A DNA stretch of 50,019 bases from positions 1-50,019 of the forward strand of contig NW_021834314.1 of the NCBI RefSeq assembly GCF_006345805.1, in the 5' to 3' direction. Below the pieces are notes generated by a model that saw nothing but the letters and a program-made list of their open reading frames with translations, did not search any database and was not told the DNA's origin. The stretch is from Octopus sinensis. Lineage: Eukaryota. A program made the translations under genes and the position numbers. Positions 1 through 11,222 of this stretch are shown piece by piece (the first letter of the stretch is position 1; every line of letters begins with the position of its first letter).

Positions 1-739
1 CACGTACATCACACCACACTCTTATACAGACACACATCATGTGCACTTCTCCTCCATCACCACCCCACAGCCACACACACACACATCACACTCTTACATA
101 CACAAATACACTTATACATACACACACACTGATACACACACACCCATACATATACTTACACACACACACATACATCACAGAAACTTCCCAGCATCCCATC
201 TTTGTTTTCCCCATCTTGTCCCACTCATTGCATATAAATAACACACACACACCTACAAACACACACACGCACACACACAAACACACCATGCATCACACAC
301 ACACACACACATACATACACACACAAATACACTATGCAACACACACACAAACAAATACACTATACATCACACACACACACACCATGCATCATACACATAC
401 ACACAAACACTATACATCACACACACACACACACAAATACACAATATATCTCACACACACACACACATACAAATACACTATACATCACACACACACACAC
501 ACACACCATGCATCATACACACACACACAAACACTATACATCACACACACACACACACAAATACACAATATATCTCACACACACAACACACACATACAAA
601 TACACTATACATCACACACACACACACACACACACCATGCATCATACACACACACACAAACACTATACATCACACACACACACACAAATACACAATATAT
701 CTCACACACACACACACACACATACAAATACACTATACA

Positions 740-774
<35 letters not shown>

Positions 775-826
775 CATCATACACACACACACAAACACTA
801 TACATCACACACACACACACACACCA
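1..826. repeat. Degenerate (CA)n array with ~100-135 bp higher-order unit
   Basis: The motif catgcatca recurs at about 287, 383, 507, 636 and 771, with tatacatc and aatatatctc blocks separated by variable CA tracts. Confidence 0.9.
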
Positions 827-1439
827 GCTGCTGAGCAGAATACAATTGAAGATAATCCAAACAACAACGAAAACAAAAAAAAAATATACAAAATAAAAAA
901 TTATAAAATAAATAAATGCAAAGATAAATAAGTAAACAAACAAAATACTAAATCAAAAGATAAAAGGAAGATTAGAGCCATGGTAAAGACGGGGAGGGAG
1001 AGAGAGGAAGGGGGCAGGGCATGCATGATGGGTGTATGTGCGTGTGTGTGCAGGGGGGGGGGGGCTGTAATAATCTAGAACATACTTTCTGGAGACATAA
1101 ATCCATTGTCATTCTTCATATTTCTCTTCACTATCGCTTAGTAACATACACACACACACACACACATGTATATACACACATCTCCACGATACACACACAT
1201 CCAGTAATATATAGACATATATACAGGCACAAAGGCACATCTCTCTAATAACTCATATATCATATATATTACACACACACACAGCTACACACATACATAT
1301 ATAAATCATCATCATCATCATCATATATACACTCGTGCACGTGTGTACACATCTAGATAACACATAAATCTTACAGTACACACACATGCACATACACACA
1401 CATTGAAAATGTACAACACACAACTCTAGCAATCTGAAC

Positions 1440-2025
1440 ACACACACACACACACACACAGAAGAATTCACACACACACATACACGCACACAGAAGAATT
1501 CACACACACACACACATACATGCACACAGAAGAATTCACACACACACACACACACACATACACGCACACAGAAGAATTCACACACACACACACACACATA
1601 CACGCACACAGAAGAATTCACACACACACACACACATACATGCACACAGAAGAATTCACACACACACACACACACACACACATCGCACACAGAAGAATTC
1701 ACACACACACACACACACACACATACACGCACACAGAAGAATTCACACACACACACACACACACACATACACGCACACAGAAGAATTCACACACACACAC
1801 ACACACATACATCCACACAGAATTCACACACACACACACACACACACATACACGCACACAGAAGAATTCACACACACACACACACACACACATACACGCA
1901 CACAGAAGAATTCACACACACACACACACACATACATCCACACAGAATTCACACACACACACACACACACATACATGCACACAGAAGAATTCACAAACAC
2001 ACACACACACAACACACACACACAC
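1440..2025. repeat. Minisatellite, unit cacagaagaattc-(CA)n-tacacg
   Basis: 14 GAATTC-containing units at roughly 30-50 bp spacing between about 1460 and 1992. Confidence 0.92.
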
Positions 2026-2339
2026 ATTAAACAACAAATAGATTTCGTCAAATAATACACATACACACACACACGTCTAACAACACATACAACCAACAAC
2101 ACATATACACTCATAAACACATGATCAATATCTCAAAACTCAACACACACACCCACGAACATACACACACATACATACATGAACATACACACACATACAT
2201 GAACATACATACACTGGACGAGTACAAACCCACCGCACAAAGTACACACACAGACATGCAAAGATATATAGATAAGCCCATCAAAGAAAGATAATCTCCT
2301 TCAAATCTCACATTATCGGCTTAGAAAAATAAAGGAAGG

Positions 2340-2500
2340 GCATATTGGATAGGATAATATAGTCCTAGATAATATAGTGTGCTTGGAAAAAGAAAGAAAA
2401 TGGAAAAAAAAAGTGGAAAGGTCACAGTTGGAAGGCTTTTGATTATAGGTCTGTGTCTATCAGAGTTGACCTAGGGCTGAACAACATCAGCAACACCAAC
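2340..2500 (+). mobile_element. Degenerate dispersed repeat (family G), retroposon-like 3' end with (AAC)n tail
   Basis: ggataat..gtcctagat..ggtcacagttgga..tttgat(c/t)at..gacct(a/g)gggct.aacaac is shared with copies near 19300-19420, 25580-25770, 25860-26160, 32390-32530 and 49510-49680 (minus). Confidence 0.55.
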
Positions 2501-2540
2501 ATACAGAACTATACCTGTTGTTGATACATGCATACATATA

Positions 2541-2990
2541 AGGTGGCAAGCTGGCAGAATTGTTAGCATGCTGGACAGAGCGCTTAGCATTTCATCTGTC
2601 AGCATGTTCTGAGTTCAAATTCCACTGAGGTCGACTTTGCCTCTCGTCTTTCTGGTTTCAATGAAATAAGTACCTATTTGTTTATTACCCACAAGGGGAT
2701 AAACACAGAGGGGACAAACAAGGACAGACATAGGTATTAAGTCGATTACATCGACCCCAGTGCGTAACTGGTACTTTTTTAATCAACCCCAAAAGGATGA
2801 AAGGCAAAGTCGACCTCGGCGGAATTTGAACTCAGAACGTAACGACAGACGAAATGCAGCTACGCATTTCGCCCGGCGTGCTAACGGTTCTGCCAGCTCG
2901 CCGCCAAATGAAATAAGTACCAGTCGAACACTGGGTGGGGTGTAACTGACTTATTGCCTCCACTAAAATTGCTGACCCTGTCCTTAGAGT
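2541..2990 (+). mobile_element. tRNA-derived SINE (family A), host copy split by a nested insertion
   Basis: Head aggtggcaagctggcagaa...B-box gagttcaaattcc runs to 2674 and resumes at 2907 with aatgaaataagtaccagt. Confidence 0.8.
2675..2906 (-). mobile_element. Full-length family A SINE with 15-bp TSD
   Basis: The reverse complement starts ggcggcgagctggcagaa. It is flanked by the direct repeat aatgaaataagtacc at 2660-2674 and 2907-2921. Confidence 0.9.
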
Positions 2991-3029
2991 GGTGCTGGAA
3001 TTTGAAATTAACGCATGTACATGTTTTGT

Positions 3030-3625
3030 TTTGTAGTTTGTCCGTCAATGCGACGAACACCATCTAGTCATCCTGGGGTGGGGGTGGGCTTGTTTTGTGA
3101 GTCCGCAGATGGCTAGTGAGGCCAATCTGAGCCCGAAAGAGTCTTTGACAGTGTGGTCGGGGAATGGTAGCGCCTGCTACAGGGTTGTTAGCTCTGTTCT
3201 TCCTGGCTTGTCTGTGGTCTTTTGCAGCAGCGATCCTATTAGTCTCGCATGTGTTGGCACCCTTGTGGACAGCTGATTGCCACCCTTCTCTGTCTAGAGC
3301 AGACTGCTCCCAAGTGTCATGGTCGATGTTGAAGGCTTTCAGTGAGGTTTTCAGTGTGTCCTTAAAGCGCTTCTTCTGGCCGCCTTGTGGGCGCTTTCCC
3401 TTTTGCTGACCAAAGAGCAATCTTTGTGGTAATCGATCAGCTGACATGCAAGCTACATGCCCTATCCAGCGAAGCTGAGACTGCATCAAGATGGTATGGA
3501 TGCTGGGTAGGTTAGCACGTATTAGTACCTCGGTGTCCAGGATTCTGTCCTGCCACTTTATGCCAGGAAGTTTTCTGAGGCGTATTGTATGAAAGTGTTC
3601 AGCTTCCTGGCATGACGCATACATG
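3030..3625 (-). mobile_element. 5'-truncated RTE-clade LINE, 3' end (post-RT region and C-terminal zinc finger)
   Basis: Translation ...HFHTIRLRKLPGIKWQDRILDTEVL...SQLRWIGHVACM...RLPQRLLFGQ..GKRPQGGQKKRFKDTLKTSLKAF...DREGWQSAVHKG...PHCQRLFRAQIGLTSHLRTH is typical of the RTE/BovB C-terminus. There is a frameshift near 3600 and a short acaaa-type tail. Confidence 0.9.
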
Positions 3626-3671
3626 CTTACCAAATAAATATTCACCACATGTTACAGAAACACTTGCAAAT

Positions 3672-3775
3672 GCCAGATTGTGGTTTCAATTCTCAGACCA
3701 GGTACTGCATGTTGTGTTCTTGAGCAAAACACTTCATTTCCCGTTGCTTCAGTCCACTCAGCTGTAAATGAGCAA
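3672..3775 (+). mobile_element. SINE fragment (family F)
   Basis: ttgtgttcttgagcaaaacacttcatttc..gttgc..cagtccactcagctg is shared with 7965-8215 and 30297-30767. Confidence 0.7.
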
Positions 3776-3899
3776 CTCTGCTGAGGACTGATTTCCTATT
3801 GAGAGGAAAGTGGTTGACTTTGGTAACTTAGGCACCACAGAATCTGGGTAACAGGCCCTAGAAGTCCTAGGACTAGCGACAGTCATGTTCAAGGGTCAA

Positions 3900-4013
3900 T
3901 AATGATAGTGATGATGATGATGGTGATGATGATGATAATGATGATGATGGTGATGGTGATGATGATGGTGATGATGATGATGGTGGTGGTGGTGGTGGTG
4001 GTGATGATGATGG

Positions 4014-4047
<34 letters not shown>

Positions 4048-4085
4048 GGTGGTGATGATGATGATGATGATGATGATGGTGGTGG

Positions 4086-4119
<34 letters not shown>

Positions 4120-4135
4120 GGTGGTGGTGGTGGTA
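3900..4135. repeat. Compound (GAT)n/(GGT)n microsatellite
   Basis: Alternating GAT and GGT blocks are directly visible. Confidence 0.95.
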
Positions 4136-4408
4136 GGGCCTTTTACAGGGTTTTTCAGAGTGGGTGGCAGAGAGGGAAGGAAGAAAGGAATCCTCAGATC
4201 AGAGAGAGGCAATACTTGTAACAGAGTGGATTCTGCTAAAAAGTACCCAATGCACCAGGTGATGGATTACATCCATCAACCAAAAGCATGCCATGGCAAG
4301 GATTTGAACTCAGAACACATTTAACCAGAATGGAAACACAAGGCGTTTGACTTGATGTTCTGACATTTCCACCAATCTACTGCCTTGGATTTGTACTTCA
4401 AGGTACCA

Positions 4409-4971
4409 GCTTGAAGAATTTTTAGTCGAAGGAATCAACCCTGACTCCTTTTGTTTTTTTAAAAGCCTGGTACTTATTCTATTGGCCTCTTTTGCTGAAC
4501 CACTAAGTTACAGGGATGTAAACACATCAACACCAGTTGTGAAGTGCTGATGGGGGACAAACACACACACACACGGTGGGTTTCTTTCAGTTTCTGTGTA
4601 CCAAGTCCACTCATGAAGCTTTGGTTAGCTTGAGGCTATAGCAGAAGACACTTGCCCAAGGTGCCACGCAGTGGGACTGAAGCCGGAACCATGTGGTTGG
4701 GAAACAGACTTCTTATTTCTTTATTGCCCACAAGGGGCTAAACATAGAGGGGACAAACAAGGACAGACGAAGGGAGTAAGTCAATTACATCGGCCCCATT
4801 GTATAACTGCTACTTAATTTATCGACCCCAAAGGATGAAAGGAAAAGTCGATCTTGGCAGAATTTGAACTCAGAACATAGCGGCAGACGAAATACCGCTA
4901 AGCATTTCACCCGGTGTGCTAACGATTCTACCAGCTCGCTTGGGAAGCAAGCTTCTTACCACACAGCCACT
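4409..4971 (-). mobile_element. tRNA-derived SINE (family B, internal CA/TA microsatellite) interrupted by a family A copy
   Basis: The tail (aagcctggtacttattctat..) and head (caaggtgccacgcagtgggactgaa..cacacagccactc) match the other family B copies. Confidence 0.8.
4716..4939 (-). mobile_element. Family A SINE nested in a family B SINE
   Basis: Imperfect 19-bp direct repeat ttgggaaacagacttctta (4697-4715) / ttgggaagcaagcttctta (4940-4958). Confidence 0.85.
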
Positions 4972-5194
4972 CTTACATCTATATGTTCATATTCCAAACA
5001 TACCAACAAGGACACATAGAGGAAGACCAACTGTCACAAGTGCACATACAACTCCTAGATGTATACATTAGAAACATATTTTTATTAGATAAGCATAGAA
5101 AACACTCACAATGAAGGAAGTAAAACCCACCTCATACATAACAGACAGGCATACATAAGCATGTATATGTGTGTGTGTGTGTTGTAATATATAT

Positions 5195-5238
<44 letters not shown>

Positions 5239-5271
5239 TATTACACAAACATATATACGCAAGTAAATAGA

Positions 5272-5560
5272 CACACAAGCATATACACACAATCATATAC
5301 ACACAATCATATATACACAAGCATATACACACAAGCATATACACACAAGCATATACACACAAGCATATACACACAAGCATATACACACAAGCATATACAC
5401 ACAAGCATATATATTCACACAAGCATATACACACAAGCATATACACACAAGCATATACACACAAGCATATACACACAAGCATACACACACAATCATATAC
5501 ACACAAGCATATACTCAAGCATATATATACACAAGCATATAGAGAAGCATATATACACAA
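5272..5560. repeat. 12-bp tandem repeat (acacaagcatat)n
   Basis: About 20 or more near-identical units, some with the variant acacaatcatat. Confidence 0.92.
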
Positions 5561-5767
5561 ACAAACACATATAACAAACCACACACACAAAACACGCAAC
5601 ACAATCCATAAAAAAACCCAAACTGAAAGCTTTCATCATCGTTGAGTTGAATTTGTTTGGATTTTTCTAAATCTTTCCGTGGTTAAATAACATTTGTTGA
5701 TTGCTTGTTCTATAGATGAAAGCTTTATTGAATTGAAATATATCCATATATGAAATGAAAGCAATGA

Positions 5768-5990
5768 TCTTTTATCTCTTGCTTGTTTCAGTCATTGGAC
5801 TGTGGCCATGCAGGAGCAATGTCTCAAAGGGTTTAGTAAAACAAATCGGTCCCAGTACCTGATTTTTTTTTTTTATGTATTGTACTTATTCTATTACTTT
5901 ATTTCATCAAACCACAAAACATGGGGATGTGAACAAACCAACATCAGTTGTCAAACAGTGAAGTGGAGGAACAAAAGAACACCCACCCCC
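5768..5990 (-). mobile_element. Family B SINE, 3' half
   Basis: cttgtttcagtcatt.gactgtggccatg..ggagca...aaaccaacatcagttgtcaa. Confidence 0.75.
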
Positions 5991-6021
<31 letters not shown>

Positions 6022-6022
6022 A

Positions 6023-6260
6023 AGGCGGTGAGCTGGCGGAAGTGTTAGCACGCCGGGCGAAATGCTTAGTAGTGTTTCATCTGTCGTTACGTTCTGAGTT
6101 CAAATTCCGCTGAGATCGACATTGCCTTTCATCCTTTCAGGGTCGATTAAATAAGTTCCAATTATGCACTGGGGTCGATGTAATCGGCTTACTCCTTTTG
6201 TCTGTCCTTGTTTGTCCCCTCTGTGTGTGGCCCCTTGTGGGCAGTAAAGAAATAAGAAAT
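6023..6260 (+). mobile_element. Full-length family A SINE
   Basis: aggcggtgagctggcggaa...gagttcaaattccgc...ccccttgtgggcagtaaagaaata. Confidence 0.9.
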
Positions 6261-6339
6261 GATATCCTAAAACCACCTTGGTAATGCTTGCTCTTGAGGG
6301 ACTCTACCCCCACCCATCCATCCACATTTCATTCCATAA

Positions 6340-6585
6340 CACCCAAAAAGCAGTGATGATGGTGCCACATAAAAAGCAGCGGTGCTGGTGCCATATAAAT
6401 AGCACTGGTGCTAGTGCCACTTAAAAAGCACCCAGTACACCCTGTAAAGTGGAAGGGCATCCAGCTGTAGAAACCACGCCGAAGCAGACTATAGGATCTG
6501 GTGCGGCTCATGGCTTTGCCAGTTCCTGTCAAACTCTCCAACCTATGCCAGCATGGGAAACGGATGTTAAATGATGATGATGATA
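6340..6585 (+). mobile_element. Family D retroposon (..ggaagggcatccagctgtagaaac..gttaaatgatgatg)
   Basis: Shares its 3' part and (GAT)n tail with 9077-9540, 29780-30182 and 41020-41298. Confidence 0.75.
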
Positions 6586-7104
6586 ATGAACAATGATAAT
6601 AGTGATGATAGTGAAAATTATGATGATAGCACTGAAGATGCCAGAGATGAAAACATGGGTGGCAGTGATATAAAATAAGCAAATTTCAACACTCCCTATC
6701 ACACACACACACACTTATTCTATGAAATCCCCTGACACTGCACTTTCCTTCTTTTTTGTCTTGATATATATTCTTTTGACCCTTTTATCTTAGAAATATT
6801 AGAAAGATTCCAATCTTGACAGGAGGAAGTGAGAAAACTCGCTCTGTGAGCACACGTGCGTGCGTGTGTGTACATGTACAATGAGTCAATTAATGTGCTT
6901 ATACAGATAATACAATGTGCTTATACACACACATAGATACCATCATAATTGAGAGAAATTGTTTAATAAATTCAGATACAATAAGGTATTAATCTTTTTA
7001 TCTCATGTTGTTATTTCAAATCTATCCTTAATTACTAATTCTCTCTGTCTTTCTCTGTCTCTCTCTGTGTATATCTGCCTCTGTGTGTGTGAGTTAGTTA
7101 ATTA

Positions 7105-7402
7105 ATTTTTTGGCTCAAAAAGCAAAAGCAAGGCCATGTAGGGGGACATGGAGTTATGTACAGGGAGGGTGTTCATGCAAAGAGTTCAGGCCATCTTCAC
7201 TATCTCATCCGGCAGCTTATTCTACGGATTCGCAACCTGGACAGAGAAACCCCCTCTCCTTTGATTCAGATGAAATTGTCGCAGGTAGAGCTTTTCGGAG
7301 TGACCCTGCAGCCAACGCTCTGGAGCAGGAGTGAAGAACAGCTCTTTTGAGAGGTTACACTTTCCGCTTATGATGTTGTGAGCGAGAATGAGATCACCAC
7401 GG
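7105..7402 (-). mobile_element. CR1-clade LINE 3' remnant
   Basis: Minus translation RGDLILAHNIISGKCNLSKELFFTPAPERWLQGHSEKLYLRQFHLNQRRG/FSVQVANP*NKLPDEIVK matches the CR1 C-terminal pattern RGDLI...FF...RGH..KL...R..FS.RV...WN.LP. It contains a frameshift and a stop. Confidence 0.85.
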
Positions 7403-7693
7403 CGTGTGTGTGTGTGTGTGTGTATTGTAAATAAAAGAAACAGGCAGTATTCAATACATGAGGTTATATATTTCTTTACTCATTTACTTAGAAGCAAAGA
7501 AATTTCCATCAAGTAATCAACATTTTCATTTCATGTCCATTTTTTTTTCTTGCTCACGTGTGTGTTGTGTGTGTGTGTGTGTGTATGTGTGCATGTGTCC
7601 TTTGTGTGTATATGTATACAAACATTGGAAAAGTGGATGATGAGGATGTGATGATACATATAGATACATAGATTATTAGATACAGACAGTTTA

Positions 7694-7773
7694 AGGTGAT
7701 GAGCTGGCAGAAACGTTAGCACACCAGGCGAAATGCGTAGCCGTATTTCGTCTGCCATTATGTTCTGAGTTCA
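7694..7773 (+). mobile_element. Family A SINE, 5' fragment
   Basis: gagctggcagaaacgttagcacaccaggcgaaatgcgtagccgtatttcgtctgcc..ttctgagttc. Confidence 0.8.
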
Positions 7774-7799
7774 TATGCATGTTATTATACACCTTACAT

Positions 7800-7904
7800 T
7801 AATTTTATGGGTTTCGTTTTAGAAATCACATCAGGTTTAGGTACCTGAAATATCAGGTATTCAGGCCAGAGGATGTGATTTCAAAAACAAAACCTACAAA
7901 GTTA
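7800..7904. repeat. ~105-nt imperfect palindrome (hairpin)
   Basis: tgggtttcgttttagaaatcacatc (7808) pairs with gatgtgatttcaaaaacaaaaccta (ending 7896). The inner stem ggtacctga/tcaggtatt encloses the loop aata. Confidence 0.8.
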
Positions 7905-7964
7905 TATCTGCGTGCATGCGCGCGCGTGCGTATGTGTGTTCATATGGTTCACCGTTTCATATGT

Positions 7965-8215
7965 GGAAGCACATGATTCAGTGGTTAAGGTGTTGGACTC
8001 ATGATTGTAAGATTGTGGTTTCAATTCCTGGACTAGGCAACACATTGTGTTCTTGAGCAAGACACTTCATTTCACGTTGCTCCAGTCCACTCAGCTGGCA
8101 AAATGGAGTAATCCTGCGATGGACTAGCATCCCATCCAGGTGGGGAATATATATGCCATGAAACTGGGAAACCGGCCCTTACGAGTCAGTATGACTCAAG
8201 AAGCTAACTTTACCT
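7965..8215 (+). mobile_element. tRNA-derived SINE (family F)
   Basis: Head ..cagtggttaaggtgttggactc..ggtttcaattcctgg, then gtgttcttgagcaagacacttcatttcacgttgctccagtccactcagctggc. Confidence 0.8.
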
Positions 8216-8297
8216 TTTATTGTTTCACATGATTTTCCATGCTAGTATGGGTTGGATGAGTACAGACTGGGACATTGTTTTACAACTAGATAGATAC

Positions 8298-8486
8298 CTA
8301 TTTATTAATTACCCACAAGGGACTAAACATAGAAGGGATAAAGACAGACATAGGTATTAAGTCGATTACATCGACCCCAGTGCGTAACTGGTACTTAACT
8401 TATCGACCCCGAAAGGATGAAAGGCAAAGTTGACCTCGGCAGAATTTGAACTCACAACGTAACGACAGACGAATTACAGCTACACA
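8298..8486 (-). mobile_element. Family A SINE, 5'-truncated
   Basis: Matches the body of 2675-2906. Confidence 0.85.
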
Positions 8487-9076
8487 TTAGATACCTTTCT
8501 TGTCATTAACCCATGCCTGTTTTTTTTTTGTTTTTGTTTTTTTAGTAAGGCATTTTAATTCACTTGTCTTTGAAAATGCAGAGTTACAGGACAATTGCAA
8601 TGCAGGGAACAACAATAAACAATGCTGGTTTTTCCCCCACTCTTTTTGGCTCATACAAGAACACAAAATGTAAATATTTACCCAGGAACAAATGTGCATA
8701 GGTGTGAGTGTGCTTATGGTAAACACTACAGCAAAAAAGAAATTTTGATTTTTCTATACAAATATATTTTCCTAGTGATTATCCCTTTAACTGCAAAATT
8801 AAATTTCATGTTTATTCTAGTAATGATGTAAAATATCTACCAAAAATAGAATTGGTATTCTCAGCAAGTCACGTTGCATCAATAAACTTAACACGTTTCA
8901 ACAGAAAATAGTTTCAAACAAGACATTCCTCCACAAAAGATAGATTAGTACACAAAACTGCTTTCTGCAGTTAAGGGTATTGAAATTTTGAGTGGATATA
9001 TCTGATTTAGGCAGTAAAAAAGCGAAGAAAACTTATCGTCATTTTTTTTATTGTTAGTACACACACAAATTTGATG

Positions 9077-9540
9077 ACTGGCATCAGTGCTAGTGGAGCG
9101 CTAAGAGCACCATCCGAGCATGATCGTTGCCAGAGCAGCTAACTGGCTTCTGTGCCGGTGGCACGTAAGAGGCACCATTTGAGCGTGATCGTTACCAGCA
9201 TTGCCTTATTAGCACTTGTGCTGGTGACACGTGAAAAAAAAATTCGAGCAAGGTCGTTGCTAGTGCCACTGGACTGGCTCCTCTGCAGGTGACACGTAAA
9301 AACACTATTTGTGCGTGGCTGTTGCCAGTACCTCCTGACTGGCCATCATGCTGGTAGCACATAAAAGCACCCACTAGACTCTCGGAGTGGTTGGCGTTAG
9401 GAAGGGCATCCAGCTATAGAAACTCTGCCAGATCAAGATTGGAGCCTGGTGCAGCCTCCTGGTTTGCCAGTCCTCAGTCAAGTCGTCCAACCCATGCTAG
9501 CATGGAAAGCGGATGTTAAACGATGATGATGATGATTATT
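9077..9540 (+). mobile_element. Family D retroposon with four ~64-bp internal tandem units
   Basis: Repeated gtgcyggtgrcacgtraaa units followed by gagtggttggcgttaggaagggcatccagct...acccatgctagcatggaaagcggatgttaaacgatgatg. Confidence 0.85.
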
Positions 9541-9593
9541 ATGACACACACAAACACACATAATAAACACACACACATACATAATACTATATT

Positions 9594-9781
9594 GATTTCA
9601 AATTTTGGCACAAGGCCAGTAACTTCAGGGCAGGGGGTAAGTCGATTACATCGACCCCAGTACTCAACTGGTACATATATCTTATCGACCCTTGAAAGGA
9701 TGAAAGGCAAAGTCGAACTCAGTGGAATTTGAACTCAGAACATAGGGACAGATGAAATGTCACTAAGCATTTCACCCGGTG
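9594..9781 (-). mobile_element. Family A-related SINE (variant tail)
   Basis: gtcgattacatcgaccccagtactcaactggtac...ggatgaaaggcaaagtcga...gaatttgaactcagaac. Confidence 0.8.
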
Positions 9782-10305
9782 TAGGAGTGACTGTGTGGTA
9801 AGTAGCTTGCTTACCAACCACATGGTTCCCACTTCAGTCCTTGGGCAAGTGTCTTCTACCATAGCCTCGGGCCGACCAAAGCCTTGTGAGTGGATTTGGT
9901 AGACAGAAACTAAAAGAAGCCTGTTGTATATATGTGTGTGTGTGTGTATATATATATATAATATATATATATATATATACATATACACATACATATATAC
10001 ATACACACACACACACATATATATATATATACACATATATATATATATGTATGTACAAATATGTGTGAGTGTGTATGTGTGTATGTTTGTGTGTCTGTGT
10101 TTGTCCCCTTAGCATTGCTTGACAACCGATGCTGGTGTGTTTACGTCCCCGTAACTTAGCGGTTCGGCAAAAGGGACCGATAGAATAAGTACTAGGCTTA
10201 CAAAGAAATAAGTCCTGGGGTCGATTTGCTCGACTAAAGGCGGTGCTCCAGCATGGCCACAGTCAAATGACTGAAACCAATAAAAGAGAGTAAAAGAGTA
10301 ATATT
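9782..10305 (+). mobile_element. Family B SINE, near full length
   Basis: Head aggagtgactgtgtggtaagtagcttgcttacc, internal TA/TG tract, and tail ..cagtcaaatgactgaaac..aaaagagagtaaaagag. Confidence 0.9.
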
Positions 10306-10719
10306 CAACCGATACACACAGATACACACACACACACAAATACACAAAAGAAAGAAATGGAAAGAGAGAAGAAAACAAAGAAGAATAAGAAAGTAAAGAA
10401 AGGTAATAACATTTCCATGAGCAAAAGATCTTGTCTGGTAAATTCCAACAATGTTGACTGATTTTTACTTACATGGCACCTGCAAGTCTGCGATTTAAAT
10501 GGAATTGGACAAAAGCAAAACAAGATTGTTTATGTGAATTATATATCGATGCAAGTTGACCTGTGAGAGTCAACGGTGATTTTCATATTTGTTTTCTGCT
10601 TAAATACAGCAAAGTTGATGGTAGAATTGTAAAACTAACCAAGAATCTGTGCTGATTGTGCAGCCTTGCTGCAAGCCTGCATATCACCAGGCTCAGCATA
10701 TTGACCCCTTCATGTGGAA

Positions 10720-10860
10720 CAGTGGTACTCAACCATTTCTGTTTTGCTTATGGACCTCTTTGATCCCTATTTTACTTCATTGGGACCCCCATGACCATTT
10801 AATGTTTTACAAAAATAAAGATTATTTTCGTAATTAAATATTATAAGGAATTGTATGAAA
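10720..10860 (+). mobile_element. Possible hAT(Charlie)-like MITE left end
   Basis: cagtggtactcaacc at 10720-10734 resembles the CAGTGGTTCTCAACC terminus. The partner TIR was not found. Confidence 0.35.
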
Positions 10861-10940
10861 AAAAAAAAGCTGTTGAAATATTTTGTGTATTATAGTAGTA
10901 TACTCTTTTACTCTCTTTTACTCTTTTACTTGTTTCAGTC

Positions 10941-11222
10941 TGACCAAAGCCTTGTGAGTGGATTTAGTAGATGGAAACTGAAAGAAGCCCGTCATATATA
11001 TGTATGTGTGTGTGTGTGTGTCTGTGTTTGTTCCCCCAACATTGCTTGAAAACCGATGGTGGTGTGCTTACGTCCCCGTAACTTAGCAGTTTGGCAAAAG
11101 AGACCGATAGAATAAGTACTAGTCTTACAAAGAATAAGTCCTGGGGTCGATTTGCTCGACTAAAGGCAGTGCTCCAGCATGGCCGCAGTCAAACGACTGA
11201 AACAAGTAAAAGAGAGTAAAAG
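10941..11222 (+). mobile_element. Family B SINE, 5'-truncated
   Basis: tgaccaaagccttgtgagtggattt...gactgaaacaagtaaaagagagtaaaag. Confidence 0.88.

Noticed and set aside
39-896. Long His/Thr-rich ORFs (also 1520-2041 and the C/V mirror ORFs)
   Set aside because: Translations of (CA)n arrays, which lack stop codons in most frames.
8682-8725. Strong minus-strand acceptor (tttcttttttgctgtag) with a gtaaat donor 44 nt later
   Set aside because: The phase required after the Ryk exon (0) gives TGT TTA CCA TAA, and no frame resembles Ryk. At most a cryptic or poison exon, with no evidence.
9100-9370. Palindromic repeats with ~50-nt spacers, superficially CRISPR-like
   Set aside because: The spacers are homologous to each other, the array lies within a multi-copy retroposon, the context is eukaryotic, and there are no cas genes.
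10473-10560. AG...GTAAGT-bounded 88-nt minus-strand segment
   Set aside because: Stop codon in the required phase 0, and no homology in the one open frame.
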